A stretch of DNA of 64,000 nt from Candidatus Latescibacterota bacterium (GTDB lineage: Bacteria; Latescibacterota; UBA2968; UBA8231), in NCBI GenBank assembly GCA_964291625.2, contig OZ220089.1:3328001-3392000 (forward strand), in the 5' to 3' direction. Both the position numbers and the translations under genes were made by a program. The stretch's first letter is position 1. Every line of letters starts with the position of its first letter. Below the pieces are notes generated by a model. The model made no database searches, was not told where the DNA came from, and saw only the letters and a list, made by a program, of their open reading frames with translations. Below, in pieces: positions 9,862 through 19,708 of this stretch.

Positions 9862-10237
9862 GGCCGGAGTGGTTCGGGTGAACGCGGGGCCGGCGCCGCC
9901 GGCCCTGAGGAAAGTCCGAGCTCCACAGGGCAGGATGCTGGGTAACGCCCAGGGGGGGCGACCCCACAGAAAGTGCCACAGAAAACAGACCGCCCGGCTC
10001 GCGCCGGGTAAGGGTGAAAAGGTGAGGTAAGAGCTCACCGCGTCGCCGGCGACGGGGACGGCACGGCAAACCTCATCCGGAGCAAGGCCAAATAGGGGAG
10101 GAGAGGTGGCCCGCCTCGCAACGACTCCCGGGTAGGCCGCACGAGGCGGCGGGCAACCGCCGTCCCAGATGAATGCTCACCCGGAGACCGGCGCAGCCGA
10201 TCTCCGACAGAACTCGGCTTACAGAACCACTCCGGCC
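9862..10237 (+). ncRNA. rnpB: RNase P RNA (bacterial type A)
   Basis: GAGGAAAGTCCGAGCTC, AAGTGCCACAGAAA, GGTAAGAGCTCACC, GGCAAACC..GAGCAAG, ACAGAACTCGGCTTA; terminal helix GGCCGGAGTGGTTC/GAACCACTCCGGCC. Confidence 0.97.
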
Positions 10238-10243
10238 CTTCAC

Positions 10244-11329
10244 GTGCAGACCTCCCTTCCCCTCTTCATCCTCCTGTTGTGCAGCGCCGCCGCGGCGCAG
10301 GAGACCTCGTGGGCCCTGGTGGAGACCCTCTACGTCGAGTCCCCCTCCGGCGGCCGGCTCGAGGGCCGCATCGACTGGACCGCGGGGACCCTCACCGTCA
10401 CCGGCGAGGCGCCTGCCGGAGAGGAGGGCAGCCCCGCCCGGCAGCGCCTGGCGGGATTCCGCGCCGCCAGGACGGCGGCCCTGGCCGGGCTCCTGGAGGC
10501 CGTGACCAAGGTGCGCGTCGACGCCCGCACCCGGGTCGGCAGGGTCATGACGGCCAGCGGGCCGGTTCGCGAGCGGGTGGCGCAGCTGGGGGGTGACGCG
10601 CGGGTGGTGTCCGGCTCCCGCCGCGAGGCCCGGGGCGTCTGCCGGCTGGAGGTGCGCCTGCCCCTTCTCGGGGATCTCGCCCGGGCCGTGCTGCCGCCGG
10701 CATCGGAGCGGTCCGTCTCGCTGCCGCCGACGGAGCTTCCGGCGCGCGACTCCCTGATCGCATGGCTGCCCGGGGGGCCGTTCACGGGGCTCGTCGTCGA
10801 TGCCCGGGGCACGCAGCTGCGTCCGAGCCTGTCGCCGCGGATCGTCGACGACGGCGGTCGTGTCATCTATGCAGCCGGTCACGTCGACCGGGCTCTGGCG
10901 GTACGCTCGGGCCTGGCCGGCTGGGAGCGGGACCTGCGCCGCGCCATCCTCAGCGAGCGCGTCCGTGGGGAGCCGGCTCACCCCTTCCTGGTGGAGGCGG
11001 CCGGCGTCTCGGGCCCCTTCCGCGCCGATGCCGTGATCCGCGCCGACGACGCGACACGCCTGCAGCTGGCCGACCTGCACGGTGACTTCCTCTCCAGGGG
11101 ACAGGTGGTCATCGTCGTCGGACCGAAACCGCCGCCGCCACCTGAGCCGCCGGTGGTGGGCGCGGCCCCCGTCCCCGACAGCCTGGCGGACCTGGCGGTG
11201 ACCAATACGGCCGGGTTCCTCGACAGCCTGGCGGCTCCGGTCGTGTACCGGGACTTCCTCGATTCCCTGCTTCACGCGAGGGCCCGGGCCCTGGCCGATA
11301 CGGTCCCCGACTCCGGGAGCTCTCCGTGA
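10244..11329 (+). CDS. secreted hypothetical protein (LPP20-like)
   Basis: GTG just after rnpB, signal peptide ending AAAQ; GRIDWT, ARTAALAGLLE, FTGLVVDARG, LSPRIVD motifs; Pro-rich linker. Confidence 0.6.
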   Translation: MQTSLPLFILLLCSAAAAQETSWALVETLYVESPSGGRLEGRIDWTAGTLTVTGEAPAGEEGSPARQRLAGFRAARTAALAGLLEAVTKVRVDARTRVGRVMTASGPVRERVAQLGGDARVVSGSRREARGVCRLEVRLPLLGDLARAVLPPASERSVSLPPTELPARDSLIAWLPGGPFTGLVVDARGTQLRPSLSPRIVDDGGRVIYAAGHVDRALAVRSGLAGWERDLRRAILSERVRGEPAHPFLVEAAGVSGPFRADAVIRADDATRLQLADLHGDFLSRGQVVIVVGPKPPPPPEPPVVGAAPVPDSLADLAVTNTAGFLDSLAAPVVYRDFLDSLLHARARALADTVPDSGSSP

Positions 11330-12159
11330 GCACCTTCTCCGACCGTCTGTCGCGGGCCGTCGCCGCCAACGGCTCGCTCCTGTGCGTCGGGCTCGACCCG
11401 GTCCCCGAGCGCCTGCCCGCCGGCCTCGCCCGCAACGCCTCCGGCGTCCTGGAGTTCAACCGCCGCCTGGTGGAGGCCACGGCGGACCTCGTCTGCTGCT
11501 TCAAGCCCAACCTCGCCTTCTACGCCGCTCTCGGCGCCGGCGGGTGGGACGTCCTGGCGGCCACCATCGAGGCCGTCCCCGACCCGGTGCCGGTGGTGGT
11601 CGACGCCAAGTGCGGTGACATCGGACCCGTGGCCGGACGCTGGGCCCATGCGATCTTCACCGAGCTCGGCGCCGACGCCGTCACCGTGACTCCCTACATG
11701 GGCTCCGACGCCGTCCTGCCCTTCACCCGCCACGCCGACCGCGGCGTCTTCCTCGTCTGCCTGACCTCCAACCCGGGGGCCGCCGACTTCGAGGCGGCCG
11801 CCGTCGAGGGCGGGGACCGGTTGTGGGAGCGGGTGGCGCGCCGGGCCCTGGAGTGGAACGCCGAGCACGGCAACTGCGGACTCGTGGTCGGCGCCACTCG
11901 CGCCGAGTCGATGGCCGGCTTGCGGAGGTTGGCCCCGGAGCTTCCCTTTCTGGTGCCCGGCGTCGGCGCCCAGGGGGGGGATCTGGCCGGGTCGGTGGCC
12001 GGCGGTTTGCGCAGCGACGGGGCGGGGTTGCTGATCAACGCCTCGCGCGGCGTCATGCACGCCTCCGAGGGCGCCGACTTCGCCGAGGCGGCGCGCGCCG
12101 AGGCCGACAGGCTGCGGCGCGAGATCAACCGGGTTCGGGGTGTAGCGCAGTCCGGTTAG
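11326..12159 (+). CDS. pyrF: orotidine-5'-phosphate decarboxylase
   Basis: LCVGLDP, FKPNLAFY, DAKCGDIG, LTSNPG, GLVVGAT, LVPGVGAQGG, INASR. Confidence 0.95.
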   Translation: MSTFSDRLSRAVAANGSLLCVGLDPVPERLPAGLARNASGVLEFNRRLVEATADLVCCFKPNLAFYAALGAGGWDVLAATIEAVPDPVPVVVDAKCGDIGPVAGRWAHAIFTELGADAVTVTPYMGSDAVLPFTRHADRGVFLVCLTSNPGAADFEAAAVEGGDRLWERVARRALEWNAEHGNCGLVVGATRAESMAGLRRLAPELPFLVPGVGAQGGDLAGSVAGGLRSDGAGLLINASRGVMHASEGADFAEAARAEADRLRREINRVRGVAQSG

Positions 12160-12213
12160 CGCACCTGCTTTGGGAGCAGGGGGTCGTCGGTTCGAATCCG
12201 ACCACCCCGACCA
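12136..12213 (+). tRNA. tRNA-Pro(TGG)
   Basis: CGGGGTG acceptor stem, anticodon arm CCTGC-TTTGGGA-GCAGG, GGTTCGAATCC, encoded CCA. Confidence 0.95.
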
Positions 12214-12278
12214 CTTGCACGGTTGGCCCCTATTTCCACCGGTCCGTATCTTGACACACCGGCCCACAAGGCTCGCAG

Positions 12279-12355
12279 GTGCCCATAGCTCAGTTGGACA
12301 GAGCATCTGCCTTCTAAGCAGAATGTCCCAGGTTCGAGTCCTGGTGGGCACGCCA
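12279..12355 (+). tRNA. tRNA-Arg(TCT)
   Basis: GTGCCCA/TGGGCAC acceptor stem, TCTGC-CTTCTAA-GCAGA, GGTTCGAGTCC, CCA. Confidence 0.95.
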
Positions 12356-12368
12356 TTCTTCGACGTGT

Positions 12369-12446
12369 GGTGGATGTAGCTCAGTTGGTTAGAGCGCCAG
12401 GTTGTGGCCCTGGAGGGCGCGGGTTCAACTCCCGTCATCCACCCCA
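12369..12446 (+). tRNA. tRNA-His(GTG)
   Basis: G-1 plus GTGGATG/CATCCAC, CCAGG-TTGTGGC-CCTGG, GGTTCAACTCC, C73-CCA. Confidence 0.95.
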
Positions 12447-12498
12447 TTCGCGGCCCTTTGCGAGTCCCTCGCTCAGGGCCGTCTTCTCTTGATCCTCC

Positions 12499-12981
12499 GT
12501 GCACTCCGAGAAGCTCCTCTCCCGCTCCGCCCTCCTCGATCTGCGCGCCCGCTGCCGCCGCGACGGCCGCGTCGTGATCTTCACCAACGGCTGCTTCGAC
12601 CTGCTGCACCGCGGCCACGTGGAGTATCTGCAGGAAGCCCGAGCCCTGGGCGATCTCCTCGTCGTCGGTCTCAACGACGACGACGGGGTGCGCCGGTTGA
12701 AGGGTCCGGGGCGCCCCCTGGTGCCGCAGGGGGACCGCGCCGCCCTGCTGTGCGCCCTCGATGACGTGAACGCCGTCACCCTCTTCCCCGGAACCAGCGT
12801 CGAGCCGCTGGTGGCGGACCTGCTGCCCGACGTGCTGGTCAAGGGAGGCGACTACTCCCTGGACGAGGTCGTCGGCCGCCGGGTGGTGGAGGCGGCGGGG
12901 GGCCAGGTGCTGGTCCTGTGCCACGTCTCCGGGCGGTCGACGGAGGGCCTCATCGGCCGGTCGTCTGCCGCCTCCGCGTGA
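12499..12981 (+). CDS. rfaE2: D-glycero-beta-D-manno-heptose 1-phosphate adenylyltransferase (HldE domain II)
   Basis: FTNGCFDLLHRGH, VGLNDD, LKGPGRP, PDVLVKGGDY, GRST. Confidence 0.9.
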   Translation: MHSEKLLSRSALLDLRARCRRDGRVVIFTNGCFDLLHRGHVEYLQEARALGDLLVVGLNDDDGVRRLKGPGRPLVPQGDRAALLCALDDVNAVTLFPGTSVEPLVADLLPDVLVKGGDYSLDEVVGRRVVEAAGGQVLVLCHVSGRSTEGLIGRSSAASA

Positions 12982-13042
12982 TCGCCTCTCCGCCGCTGGA
13001 CGTTTGCGGACGGCCTGCGCATCTTAGGAAAGGCTGCCGAGA

Positions 13043-13765
13043 ATGAGAGCGAACCTGCCACCAAGACCGCTGTTGTGCCTCCTCCTCGCCGCCGCCCTGG
13101 CCGCGGCCGGGTGCGCCGGCACCGCTCCAGGGACCCGGCCGGCGGACAACTCCGCCGACCTGCGCGAGAAGCTGGAGGCCATGGGCCGCGATCAGCAGGC
13201 CTACGCCGACCGCGGGGAGGACCTCGCCGAGCGTCTGCGGCGGGCCGAGGAGAGCCTCGCCGCCCTGCACGAGCGGGTGGCCGCCCTCGAGGGATCCGGC
13301 GTCTCCGGCGCCGGCGCCATCCCCCCGGCGGGCGGCTCGAGTTCGGGCCCGGCCAGCCCCGTCGCAAGGACCGGCGCAGACCCGACCTTCGATGCCGCCG
13401 CCGCTTACGCCAGCGCCCGCGATCAGCACCGGAAGCGCCGCTTCGACGAGGCGGTGGCCGCATTCACCGAGATCCTGGAGCGCGCCCCCGACAGCGATCT
13501 GGCCGACAACGCCCGCTACTGGATCGGCGAGGCCCGCTACCTGCAGCGCCGGTTCCGCCCGGCCCTGGCGGAGTTCACCAAGGTCCTCGCCTACCCCTAC
13601 ACCGAGAAGGCCGACGACGCCCAGCTGATGATCGCCCGGTCCTACCTGGCCCTGGGCGAGTCCGACCAGGCCATGGCCGCCTTCCGCAAGCTCCTGCAGA
13701 ACTACCCCGGCAGCGAGTACGTCGACGAGGCGCGCGAGGAGCTGCGGCAGCTGGAGGGGCCGTGA
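13043..13765 (+). CDS. cpoB: Tol-Pal associated protein CpoB/YbgF-like (coiled coil + TPR lipoprotein)
   Basis: Lipobox AAGC, coiled coil, SDLADNARYWIGE, KADDAQL, YPGS. Confidence 0.8.
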   Translation: MRANLPPRPLLCLLLAAALAAAGCAGTAPGTRPADNSADLREKLEAMGRDQQAYADRGEDLAERLRRAEESLAALHERVAALEGSGVSGAGAIPPAGGSSSGPASPVARTGADPTFDAAAAYASARDQHRKRRFDEAVAAFTEILERAPDSDLADNARYWIGEARYLQRRFRPALAEFTKVLAYPYTEKADDAQLMIARSYLALGESDQAMAAFRKLLQNYPGSEYVDEAREELRQLEGP

Positions 13766-14367
13766 TCCCGGCCCCCCGCCGCGCCATCTTCCTCGCCGCG
13801 GTCCTTCTCCTGCAGGCCGGCGGCGCCGGCGCCCTCGGGCCGAGCAATCTCGATCTCGTCTCCCGGGCCGCAACCCGGGCGGTGCAGGAGGCGGTGGCCG
13901 GCCTCGACACCGCCGGGCACGGCGAGGGCTTCGAGAGACTGAGCCTCCTGCCCGCCGCCAAGGACGACTCCAACTGGCTCTTCGAGCACCTGCTCCTCGA
14001 AGAGCTGCTCACCCGGGGCCTGGCGGTGACCGCCGACACCTCGGCGGCGTCCACCCACCTGTCGTACCGGGTCATCGAAGTCGCCGTCACCGGGCGGTCC
14101 GGGCTGCTGACCAACAACGTCACCCGCCGATGCCGGGTGGGCCTGCAGCTGGATCTCGACATGGGGGGCGAGCGTCTGTGGTCTGGCGAGGGGAGGGCTT
14201 GGCTGAGAGACCGCATTCCGAAGGGAGAGCTCGAGGCCCTCCAGCAATCCCGCTTCGACTTCGCCGAGACCGAGATGGAGAAACGCACTTGGGGCAAGTA
14301 CGTGGAACCGGCCATCGTCAGCTCCGTCCTGGGCTCCCTGGTCTACCTCTTCTACTCGAATCGCTGA
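13762..14367 (+). CDS. secreted hypothetical protein
   Basis: GTGA overlap with cpoB; signal peptide; C-terminal YVEPAIVSSVLGSLVYLFYSNR; coding-like codon usage. Confidence 0.65.
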   Translation: MIPAPRRAIFLAAVLLLQAGGAGALGPSNLDLVSRAATRAVQEAVAGLDTAGHGEGFERLSLLPAAKDDSNWLFEHLLLEELLTRGLAVTADTSAASTHLSYRVIEVAVTGRSGLLTNNVTRRCRVGLQLDLDMGGERLWSGEGRAWLRDRIPKGELEALQQSRFDFAETEMEKRTWGKYVEPAIVSSVLGSLVYLFYSNR

Positions 14368-15122
14368 TGTCCCTCCGCGGACTCGCCTGGTTCCTGGCGG
14401 CGGCCGTTCTCGCCGGGTGCGCCGGCAAGAAGGACCCGGAGCGGTTGCAGGGCGCCGGGTTCTACTACGACAAGGGGGTGGAGGACTTCGAGAAGGGCCG
14501 CTATCTGCGGGCGGTGGACAACTTCCAGCGGGTGCTGAGCAACTACCCGGGTTTCGCCGAGGTTGCCGAGGCCCAGTACTACCTGGCCGAGTCTTTCTTC
14601 CACCTCCAGGAGTACGTCAGCGCCGTCTTCGAGTACGAACGGCTCGTCGACACCTATCCCTCCAGCGCGCGGCTCGTCGAAGCCCAGTACAAGATCGGGG
14701 AGTCCTACTTCGAGCAGAGCCGCCGCGCCGAGCTCGACCAGGCGGAGACCTACCAGGCCCTGGCGGCGTACCGCCGGTTCATCGAGGACAACCCCGGCAG
14801 TCCGCTGGTGGCCGACGCCAACGGGCGCATCCGCGAGTGCCGGGGCCGGCTCGCCGAGAAGGACTTCCTCGCCGCCCGGCTGTACCACCGCCAGGGGCAC
14901 CTCGACGCGGCGAAGATGACCTACGAGCAGATGGTCCGCGCCTATCCGGACACCGAGTGGTACTGGCACGGGCTGGCCAGCATCGGCCGCATCCACAGCC
15001 GCCAGGGCCGGCCGGAAGAGGCGCGGGATCTGTGGGAGCAGGTGCTCTCCGGCACCGGGGACGAGAAGCTGCTCGAGGACGTGCGCGAGTGGATGGCCGA
15101 GGCCGGGCAGGACGCCGAGTGA
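14367..15122 (+). CDS. bamD: outer-membrane protein assembly factor BamD
   Basis: Lipobox LAGC, TPRs, ELDQAET, RLAEKDFLAARLY, YPDT. Confidence 0.88.
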   Translation: MSLRGLAWFLAAAVLAGCAGKKDPERLQGAGFYYDKGVEDFEKGRYLRAVDNFQRVLSNYPGFAEVAEAQYYLAESFFHLQEYVSAVFEYERLVDTYPSSARLVEAQYKIGESYFEQSRRAELDQAETYQALAAYRRFIEDNPGSPLVADANGRIRECRGRLAEKDFLAARLYHRQGHLDAAKMTYEQMVRAYPDTEWYWHGLASIGRIHSRQGRPEEARDLWEQVLSGTGDEKLLEDVREWMAEAGQDAE

Positions 15123-15126
15123 GGCC

Positions 15127-15711
15127 GTGGGGGAGCGTCTCGGGATCCTGGGAGGCACCTTCGACCCCGTCCACTGCGGCCACCTCCTGCTGGCGCGCCA
15201 CGTCCTGGAGGCCCTCCGCCTCGACCGGGTGCTCTTCGTGCCCGCCGCCGAGCCGCCCCACAAGACCGAGCTCCTGACCGCCTCCGACCACCGCTGGCGG
15301 ATGGTCCGCGCCGCCGTCGAGGGCCACGACCGCCTGGAGGCCAGCGACCTCGAGCTGCGCCGCCCCGGGGTCTCGTACACCGTCGACACCCTGCGGCGGC
15401 TCCGCGGCGAGCGCCCCCGGGACGAGCTGTTCCTCATCATCGGCGCCGACAACGTGCCGGAGCTGGACGGCTGGCACGACCCGGAGGGCATCCTCGAGCT
15501 GGCCACGGTGGTCGCCGGCTCCCGGATCGAGGCGGGGAATCTCCCCGGCGGCGCCTTCGCCGACCGCGTCGAGCGTGTGGACACGCCCGTCTTCGACATC
15601 TCCTCCACCGAGATCCGGCGCCGGGTGCGGGCCGGCCTCCCGGTGCGCTGCCTGGTGCCCGAGGCGGTGGAGGGCTACATCGCCGACCACGGACTCTACG
15701 GGGCCTCATGA
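15127..15711 (+). CDS. nadD: nicotinate-nucleotide adenylyltransferase
   Basis: GGTFDPVHCGH, PPHK, SYTVDT, IIGADN, ISSTEIR. Confidence 0.95.
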   Translation: MGERLGILGGTFDPVHCGHLLLARHVLEALRLDRVLFVPAAEPPHKTELLTASDHRWRMVRAAVEGHDRLEASDLELRRPGVSYTVDTLRRLRGERPRDELFLIIGADNVPELDGWHDPEGILELATVVAGSRIEAGNLPGGAFADRVERVDTPVFDISSTEIRRRVRAGLPVRCLVPEAVEGYIADHGLYGAS

Positions 15712-16880
15712 GCCGTTCCTTCTTCACCCACCTGGAGTGCACCCGCACCGCCGCGCGCTACGACCTCGACGGGCTGCACAACCTCTCCGACGCCGGGGCG
15801 CCCCTCTTCGCCCGCTACGACCTGGCCGCCGCCCGCGGCGCCGTGGCCCGCGAGGAGCTGGCCGGGCGGGCCCCTTCCATGTGGCGCTACCGCGAGGTCA
15901 TGCCCCTGCGGGCCGGGGACGAGGCCGTCACCCTCGACGAGGGCTGGACGCCCCTGCGCCGGGCCCGCCGCCTGGGCGACTGGAGCGGCTTCGATCGTCT
16001 GTGGGTCAAGGACGAGTCCGTGAACCCCACGGGCTCCTTCAAGGCCCGGGGCCTGTCCGCGGCGGTCACCGCCGCCGCTTGCCGTGGAGCCGCCAGGGTC
16101 GCCATCCCCACTGCGGGGAACGCCGGCGGCGCCCTGGCCGCCTACGCCGCCGCCGCCGGCCTGGAGTGCCACGTCTTCATGCCCCGGGACACGCCCGCCG
16201 CCTTCCAGGTCGAGGTGACCGCCTGCGGCGGCCGGCTGGAGCTGGTGGACGGCCTGATCACCGACTGCGGGCGCATCGTCGGCGAGCGCCGCGAGGCCGA
16301 GGGCTGGTTCGACATGTCCACCCTGAAGGAGCCCTACCGGGTGGAGGGCAAGAAGACCATGGGCTACGAGCTGGCCGAGCAGCTCGGCTGGAGCCTGCCC
16401 GACGTCGTCGTCTACCCCACCGGCGGGGGCACCGGGCTGATCGGCATGTGGAAGGCCTTCGAGGAGATGGAGCAGCTCGGCTGGATCGAGCCCGGCCGCA
16501 GGCCGCGCATGGTCTCGGTGCAGGCCGCCGGCTGCGCCCCCATCGTGCGCGCCTTCGAGGCCGGCCGCGAGTACGCCGAGCCCTGGGCCGACGCCCGCAC
16601 CATCGCCTCGGGCCTGCGCGTGCCCGGCGCCGTGGCCGACTTCCTCATGCTGCGGGCCCTGCGCGAGAGCGGCGGCACGGCGGTGGCCGTCACCGACGAG
16701 GAGCTGATCGCCCGGAGCCGGGACCTGGCGCGGCACACGGGGATCTTCCCGGCCCCCGAGGGCGGCGCCACCCTCGCCGCCCTGCTGGCGCTGAAGGAGC
16801 GGGGTTGGCTGGACGCAGACGAGCGCGTCGTGCTCTTCAACACCGGGTCGGGCTACAAGTACCTGGAGGCCCTGTCTTGA
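15708..16880 (+). CDS. thrC: threonine synthase
   Basis: KDESVNPTGSFKARG (PLP Lys), TAGNAG, YRVEGKKTMG, PTGGGTG, FNTGSGYKY. Confidence 0.9.
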   Translation: MSRSFFTHLECTRTAARYDLDGLHNLSDAGAPLFARYDLAAARGAVAREELAGRAPSMWRYREVMPLRAGDEAVTLDEGWTPLRRARRLGDWSGFDRLWVKDESVNPTGSFKARGLSAAVTAAACRGAARVAIPTAGNAGGALAAYAAAAGLECHVFMPRDTPAAFQVEVTACGGRLELVDGLITDCGRIVGERREAEGWFDMSTLKEPYRVEGKKTMGYELAEQLGWSLPDVVVYPTGGGTGLIGMWKAFEEMEQLGWIEPGRRPRMVSVQAAGCAPIVRAFEAGREYAEPWADARTIASGLRVPGAVADFLMLRALRESGGTAVAVTDEELIARSRDLARHTGIFPAPEGGATLAALLALKERGWLDADERVVLFNTGSGYKYLEALS

Positions 16881-16904
16881 CGATGTAAGGGGCCGCCGTA
16901 CTTT
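16877..16904 (+). promoter_or_regulatory. putative sigma-70 promoter of tRNA-Arg(ACG)
   Basis: TTGACG-N16-TACTTT, ending 14 nt before the tRNA. Confidence 0.5.
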
Positions 16905-16918
16905 CATTCCCGGTCCGT

Positions 16919-16995
16919 GCACCTATAGCTCAATTGGATAGAGCATCTGACTACGGATCAGAAGGTTGGGGGTTCGAGTCCTCCTGGGTGCACCA
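16919..16995 (+). tRNA. tRNA-Arg(ACG)
   Basis: GCACCTA/TGGGTGC acceptor stem, TCTGA-CTACGGA-TCAGA, GGTTCGAGTCC, CCA. Confidence 0.95.
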
Positions 16996-17098
16996 CCTTT
17001 TCCTCCGGCCCTTCCCGGCCATCCCCATCCGCACCGCCTGGCCCCTCGCACTCGAGCAGCCGTCCCCTCACGGCCAGCGGGCGCCCCAGAACTCCCGG

Positions 17099-19708
17099 AT
17101 GACATCGCGCAAGTCCACGCCTGAACGCCTCGTAGCCGTCTGCCTGCTGCTGTCGTCCCTCCTCGCCTCGCCGTCGTCCGCCCGGACCTCCGCGTCGATC
17201 GAAGGGGTGGCCGTCGACGAGAGCGGCATCCCGCTGCCCGGGGTCCGGGTGACGGTGAGCGGTGCCGGAGGGCCGATCGAGGTGGTGACGGGCGAAGACG
17301 GCGCCTACACGGCCGCCGGTCTGGCGGCCGGGGACTACCTCGTCCGCGGGACCCTGCCGCGGTTCCGGATGGAGGGGATCCGGGTCTCGCTGGCGGCGGG
17401 CGCCGAGGCCCGGGTCGACATCGTCATGCGGCGGGCGTGGCAGCTGGAGTCGGTCAGCGTCGTCGCCGAGGAGCCGCGGATCTTCGCCAGCAACGTCGTG
17501 GCCGAGCCGATGGTCCTGCAGCAGTCGAAGATCACCAGCGTCACGTCGGTGGTGGACAATCTCCCCGGCGTCTCCATCCAGGAGGGGGACGCGTACGGCT
17601 TCGACGACTGGTCGAGCAACGTCGCCGTCCGCGGCTTCCAGGTGACGATCAGCGAGGCCCAGATCGGCACCACCATCGACGGCTTCCCCAACGGCACCTC
17701 CGACTACTTCAGCGGCGCCAAGGCGAACCGCTTCCTCGACCCGATGAACCTCGGGGGCGTGGAGGTGTCGCAGGGGACCGCCGACATCGGCTCCCGGTCG
17801 GTGGAGGCCCTGGGGGGCACCTTCAACTACCTCACGGACGATCCGGCCGCCAGGCGGACCTATACCGCCTCCGTCACGCAGGGCGAGAACGAGGGCCAGC
17901 GGTTCGCCATGCGGGTCGACACGGGACCGCTGTTCGGCGGCGGGACCCGCACCTGGCTCACCGCCGTCCGCCAGGAGGCGACCGACTGGGTCCAGGGCTC
18001 GGCGCGCAACGAGCGCGAGCACCTGGCCGCCAAGCTCGTGTCGTCCCGCGGCGGCCTCGACCTGACCGGCTACATCTCGTACGACAGCATCCACGAGGAC
18101 ACCTACCAGCGGCTCTACGGCGAGGCCGACTTCCGGGCCAACCCGCGCTGGGACCGCCTGGTCGGCGACTGGCCCGCCGTGCCCTACCTGAACCAGTTCT
18201 ACCGGCCCGGCTGGCAGACCCGGCGCAACAACACCCTCGCCTACCTGAAGGCGGAGTGGCCCTTCAGCGACGCCGTCTCGCTGAACCTGGGCGCCTACTT
18301 CCACCGCAACCGGGGCCGCGGCGACTGGCTGCCGCCCTACATCGTCGACGTCATCGACGACGGCGGCGGACCGGAGTCGGAGCTGGCGGGCCTCGCCCCG
18401 GTGCAGGGCGGCGACCAGCTCGGGCTGATCTACTTCGTGGACCGCGACCGGGCCGCGGTGGGACCGGCCGACGGCTGCACCTCGTCCTTCCTCTTCAACT
18501 ACTACGGCTCGGGAGGCGCGGCCGTCGACCCGGCGTGCCACCCGGAGGCCACGGCGGTGCAGTCGTACCGCCACAGCCACTACGGGAAGGACCGCCTAGG
18601 GGTCACCCTCGACGAGGAGTGGCTCACCACCATCGGCGGGACCGCCAGCTCCCTGCGCGCCGGCCTCTGGTACGAGGACTCGCGCCGCGACCTGGGCCGG
18701 GACTGGCACCGGATGCTGGACCCGACCCTGAGCTTCCAGTGGGAAGAGCGGGCCTACTGGCACCAGTACGAGTGGGACTTCCCGCAGCACGTCCTCAAGT
18801 GGTACGTGGAGGAGACGCTCTACGCCGGCCCCCTGGCCCTCAGCGGCGGCGTCAAGCAGTTCCTCGTCGGCGTATCGCGCCAGGACCTGTTCGGCGTCGA
18901 CGAGGACCTCGAGGTCGACTCCGACTCGGAGCTGCTGCTCTCGGGCGGCGTGACCTGGGAGACGCCGGTGGCCGGGCTCGACCTCTTCGCCGGGTACGCC
19001 GAGAACTTCAAGGCGATCAGCAGCACCCTGCTGGAGGTGCCGGGCCGCAGCCTGGACGAGCTCGAGCCGGAGACGGCCTCCAACATCGACGTGGGGCTCC
19101 TGTACGCGGGGGACCGGGCCGCCATGAGCGCGACCTGGTACTCCATCGACTTCCAGGACCGGATCTTCTACCTCGGCCCGCAGACGACGGCTGGTCCCAA
19201 CTACCTCATCCCGGGCGGCGGCGCCTACTTCAACGCCGGCGGGATCGAGACCAGCGGCCTGGAGCTGGCCGCCACGGTGCAGATGCCGCGGCAGCTGGCC
19301 CTCTACACCTCCTTCACCCACAACAACTCGGAGTACGTCGGCAGCGGCGATCCCCTGGTCGACGAGAGCCAGGGCATCGTACCGGGGACCGACGTGGCCG
19401 GCGTGCCGGAGCGCCTGTGGGTCGTCTCCCTCGACCGCAGCGGCCCTCTCCGCGCCGGGCTGAGCGCCAAGTACACCTCACGGCGCCGGGTCAGCCTGAC
19501 AGCCGACTGGTACGCCGACGCCTACTGGCTGACTGACGCCTACGTCGCCTTCTCCGGCGAGGCCCTGAGCGACCTGCTCCGGTCGGTGGAGTTCTCGATC
19601 GTGGCGAACAACCTCTTCGACAAGGCGTATCTCTCGGCCATCACCGAGAACGCCGCCTGGCTCGGAGCGCCTCGGACGGTCTCGATGACGACGACGGTCT
19701 CGTTCTGA
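17099..19708 (+). CDS. TonB-dependent receptor with N-terminal carboxypeptidase-regulatory-like domain
   Basis: Signal peptide, PLPGVRVTV, plug domain (NLPGVSI, VRGF), LEPETA, NNLFDKAY, C-terminal Phe; start moved downstream of the tRNA. Confidence 0.9.
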   Translation: MTSRKSTPERLVAVCLLLSSLLASPSSARTSASIEGVAVDESGIPLPGVRVTVSGAGGPIEVVTGEDGAYTAAGLAAGDYLVRGTLPRFRMEGIRVSLAAGAEARVDIVMRRAWQLESVSVVAEEPRIFASNVVAEPMVLQQSKITSVTSVVDNLPGVSIQEGDAYGFDDWSSNVAVRGFQVTISEAQIGTTIDGFPNGTSDYFSGAKANRFLDPMNLGGVEVSQGTADIGSRSVEALGGTFNYLTDDPAARRTYTASVTQGENEGQRFAMRVDTGPLFGGGTRTWLTAVRQEATDWVQGSARNEREHLAAKLVSSRGGLDLTGYISYDSIHEDTYQRLYGEADFRANPRWDRLVGDWPAVPYLNQFYRPGWQTRRNNTLAYLKAEWPFSDAVSLNLGAYFHRNRGRGDWLPPYIVDVIDDGGGPESELAGLAPVQGGDQLGLIYFVDRDRAAVGPADGCTSSFLFNYYGSGGAAVDPACHPEATAVQSYRHSHYGKDRLGVTLDEEWLTTIGGTASSLRAGLWYEDSRRDLGRDWHRMLDPTLSFQWEERAYWHQYEWDFPQHVLKWYVEETLYAGPLALSGGVKQFLVGVSRQDLFGVDEDLEVDSDSELLLSGGVTWETPVAGLDLFAGYAENFKAISSTLLEVPGRSLDELEPETASNIDVGLLYAGDRAAMSATWYSIDFQDRIFYLGPQTTAGPNYLIPGGGAYFNAGGIETSGLELAATVQMPRQLALYTSFTHNNSEYVGSGDPLVDESQGIVPGTDVAGVPERLWVVSLDRSGPLRAGLSAKYTSRRRVSLTADWYADAYWLTDAYVAFSGEALSDLLRSVEFSIVANNLFDKAYLSAITENAAWLGAPRTVSMTTTVSF

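Noticed and set aside
10169-10243. ORF start inside rnpB (also ORFs 9842-10030 and 9655-10038)
   Set aside because: These lie within the RNase P RNA; GTG 10244 precedes a signal peptide.
12251-12278. TTGACA upstream of tRNA-Arg(TCT) as a promoter
   Set aside because: No credible -10 at 16-18 nt spacing, and too close to the tRNA start.
16934-17098. N-terminal extension of the TonB receptor ORF
   Set aside because: It overlaps tRNA-Arg(ACG); ATG 17099 gives a normal signal peptide.
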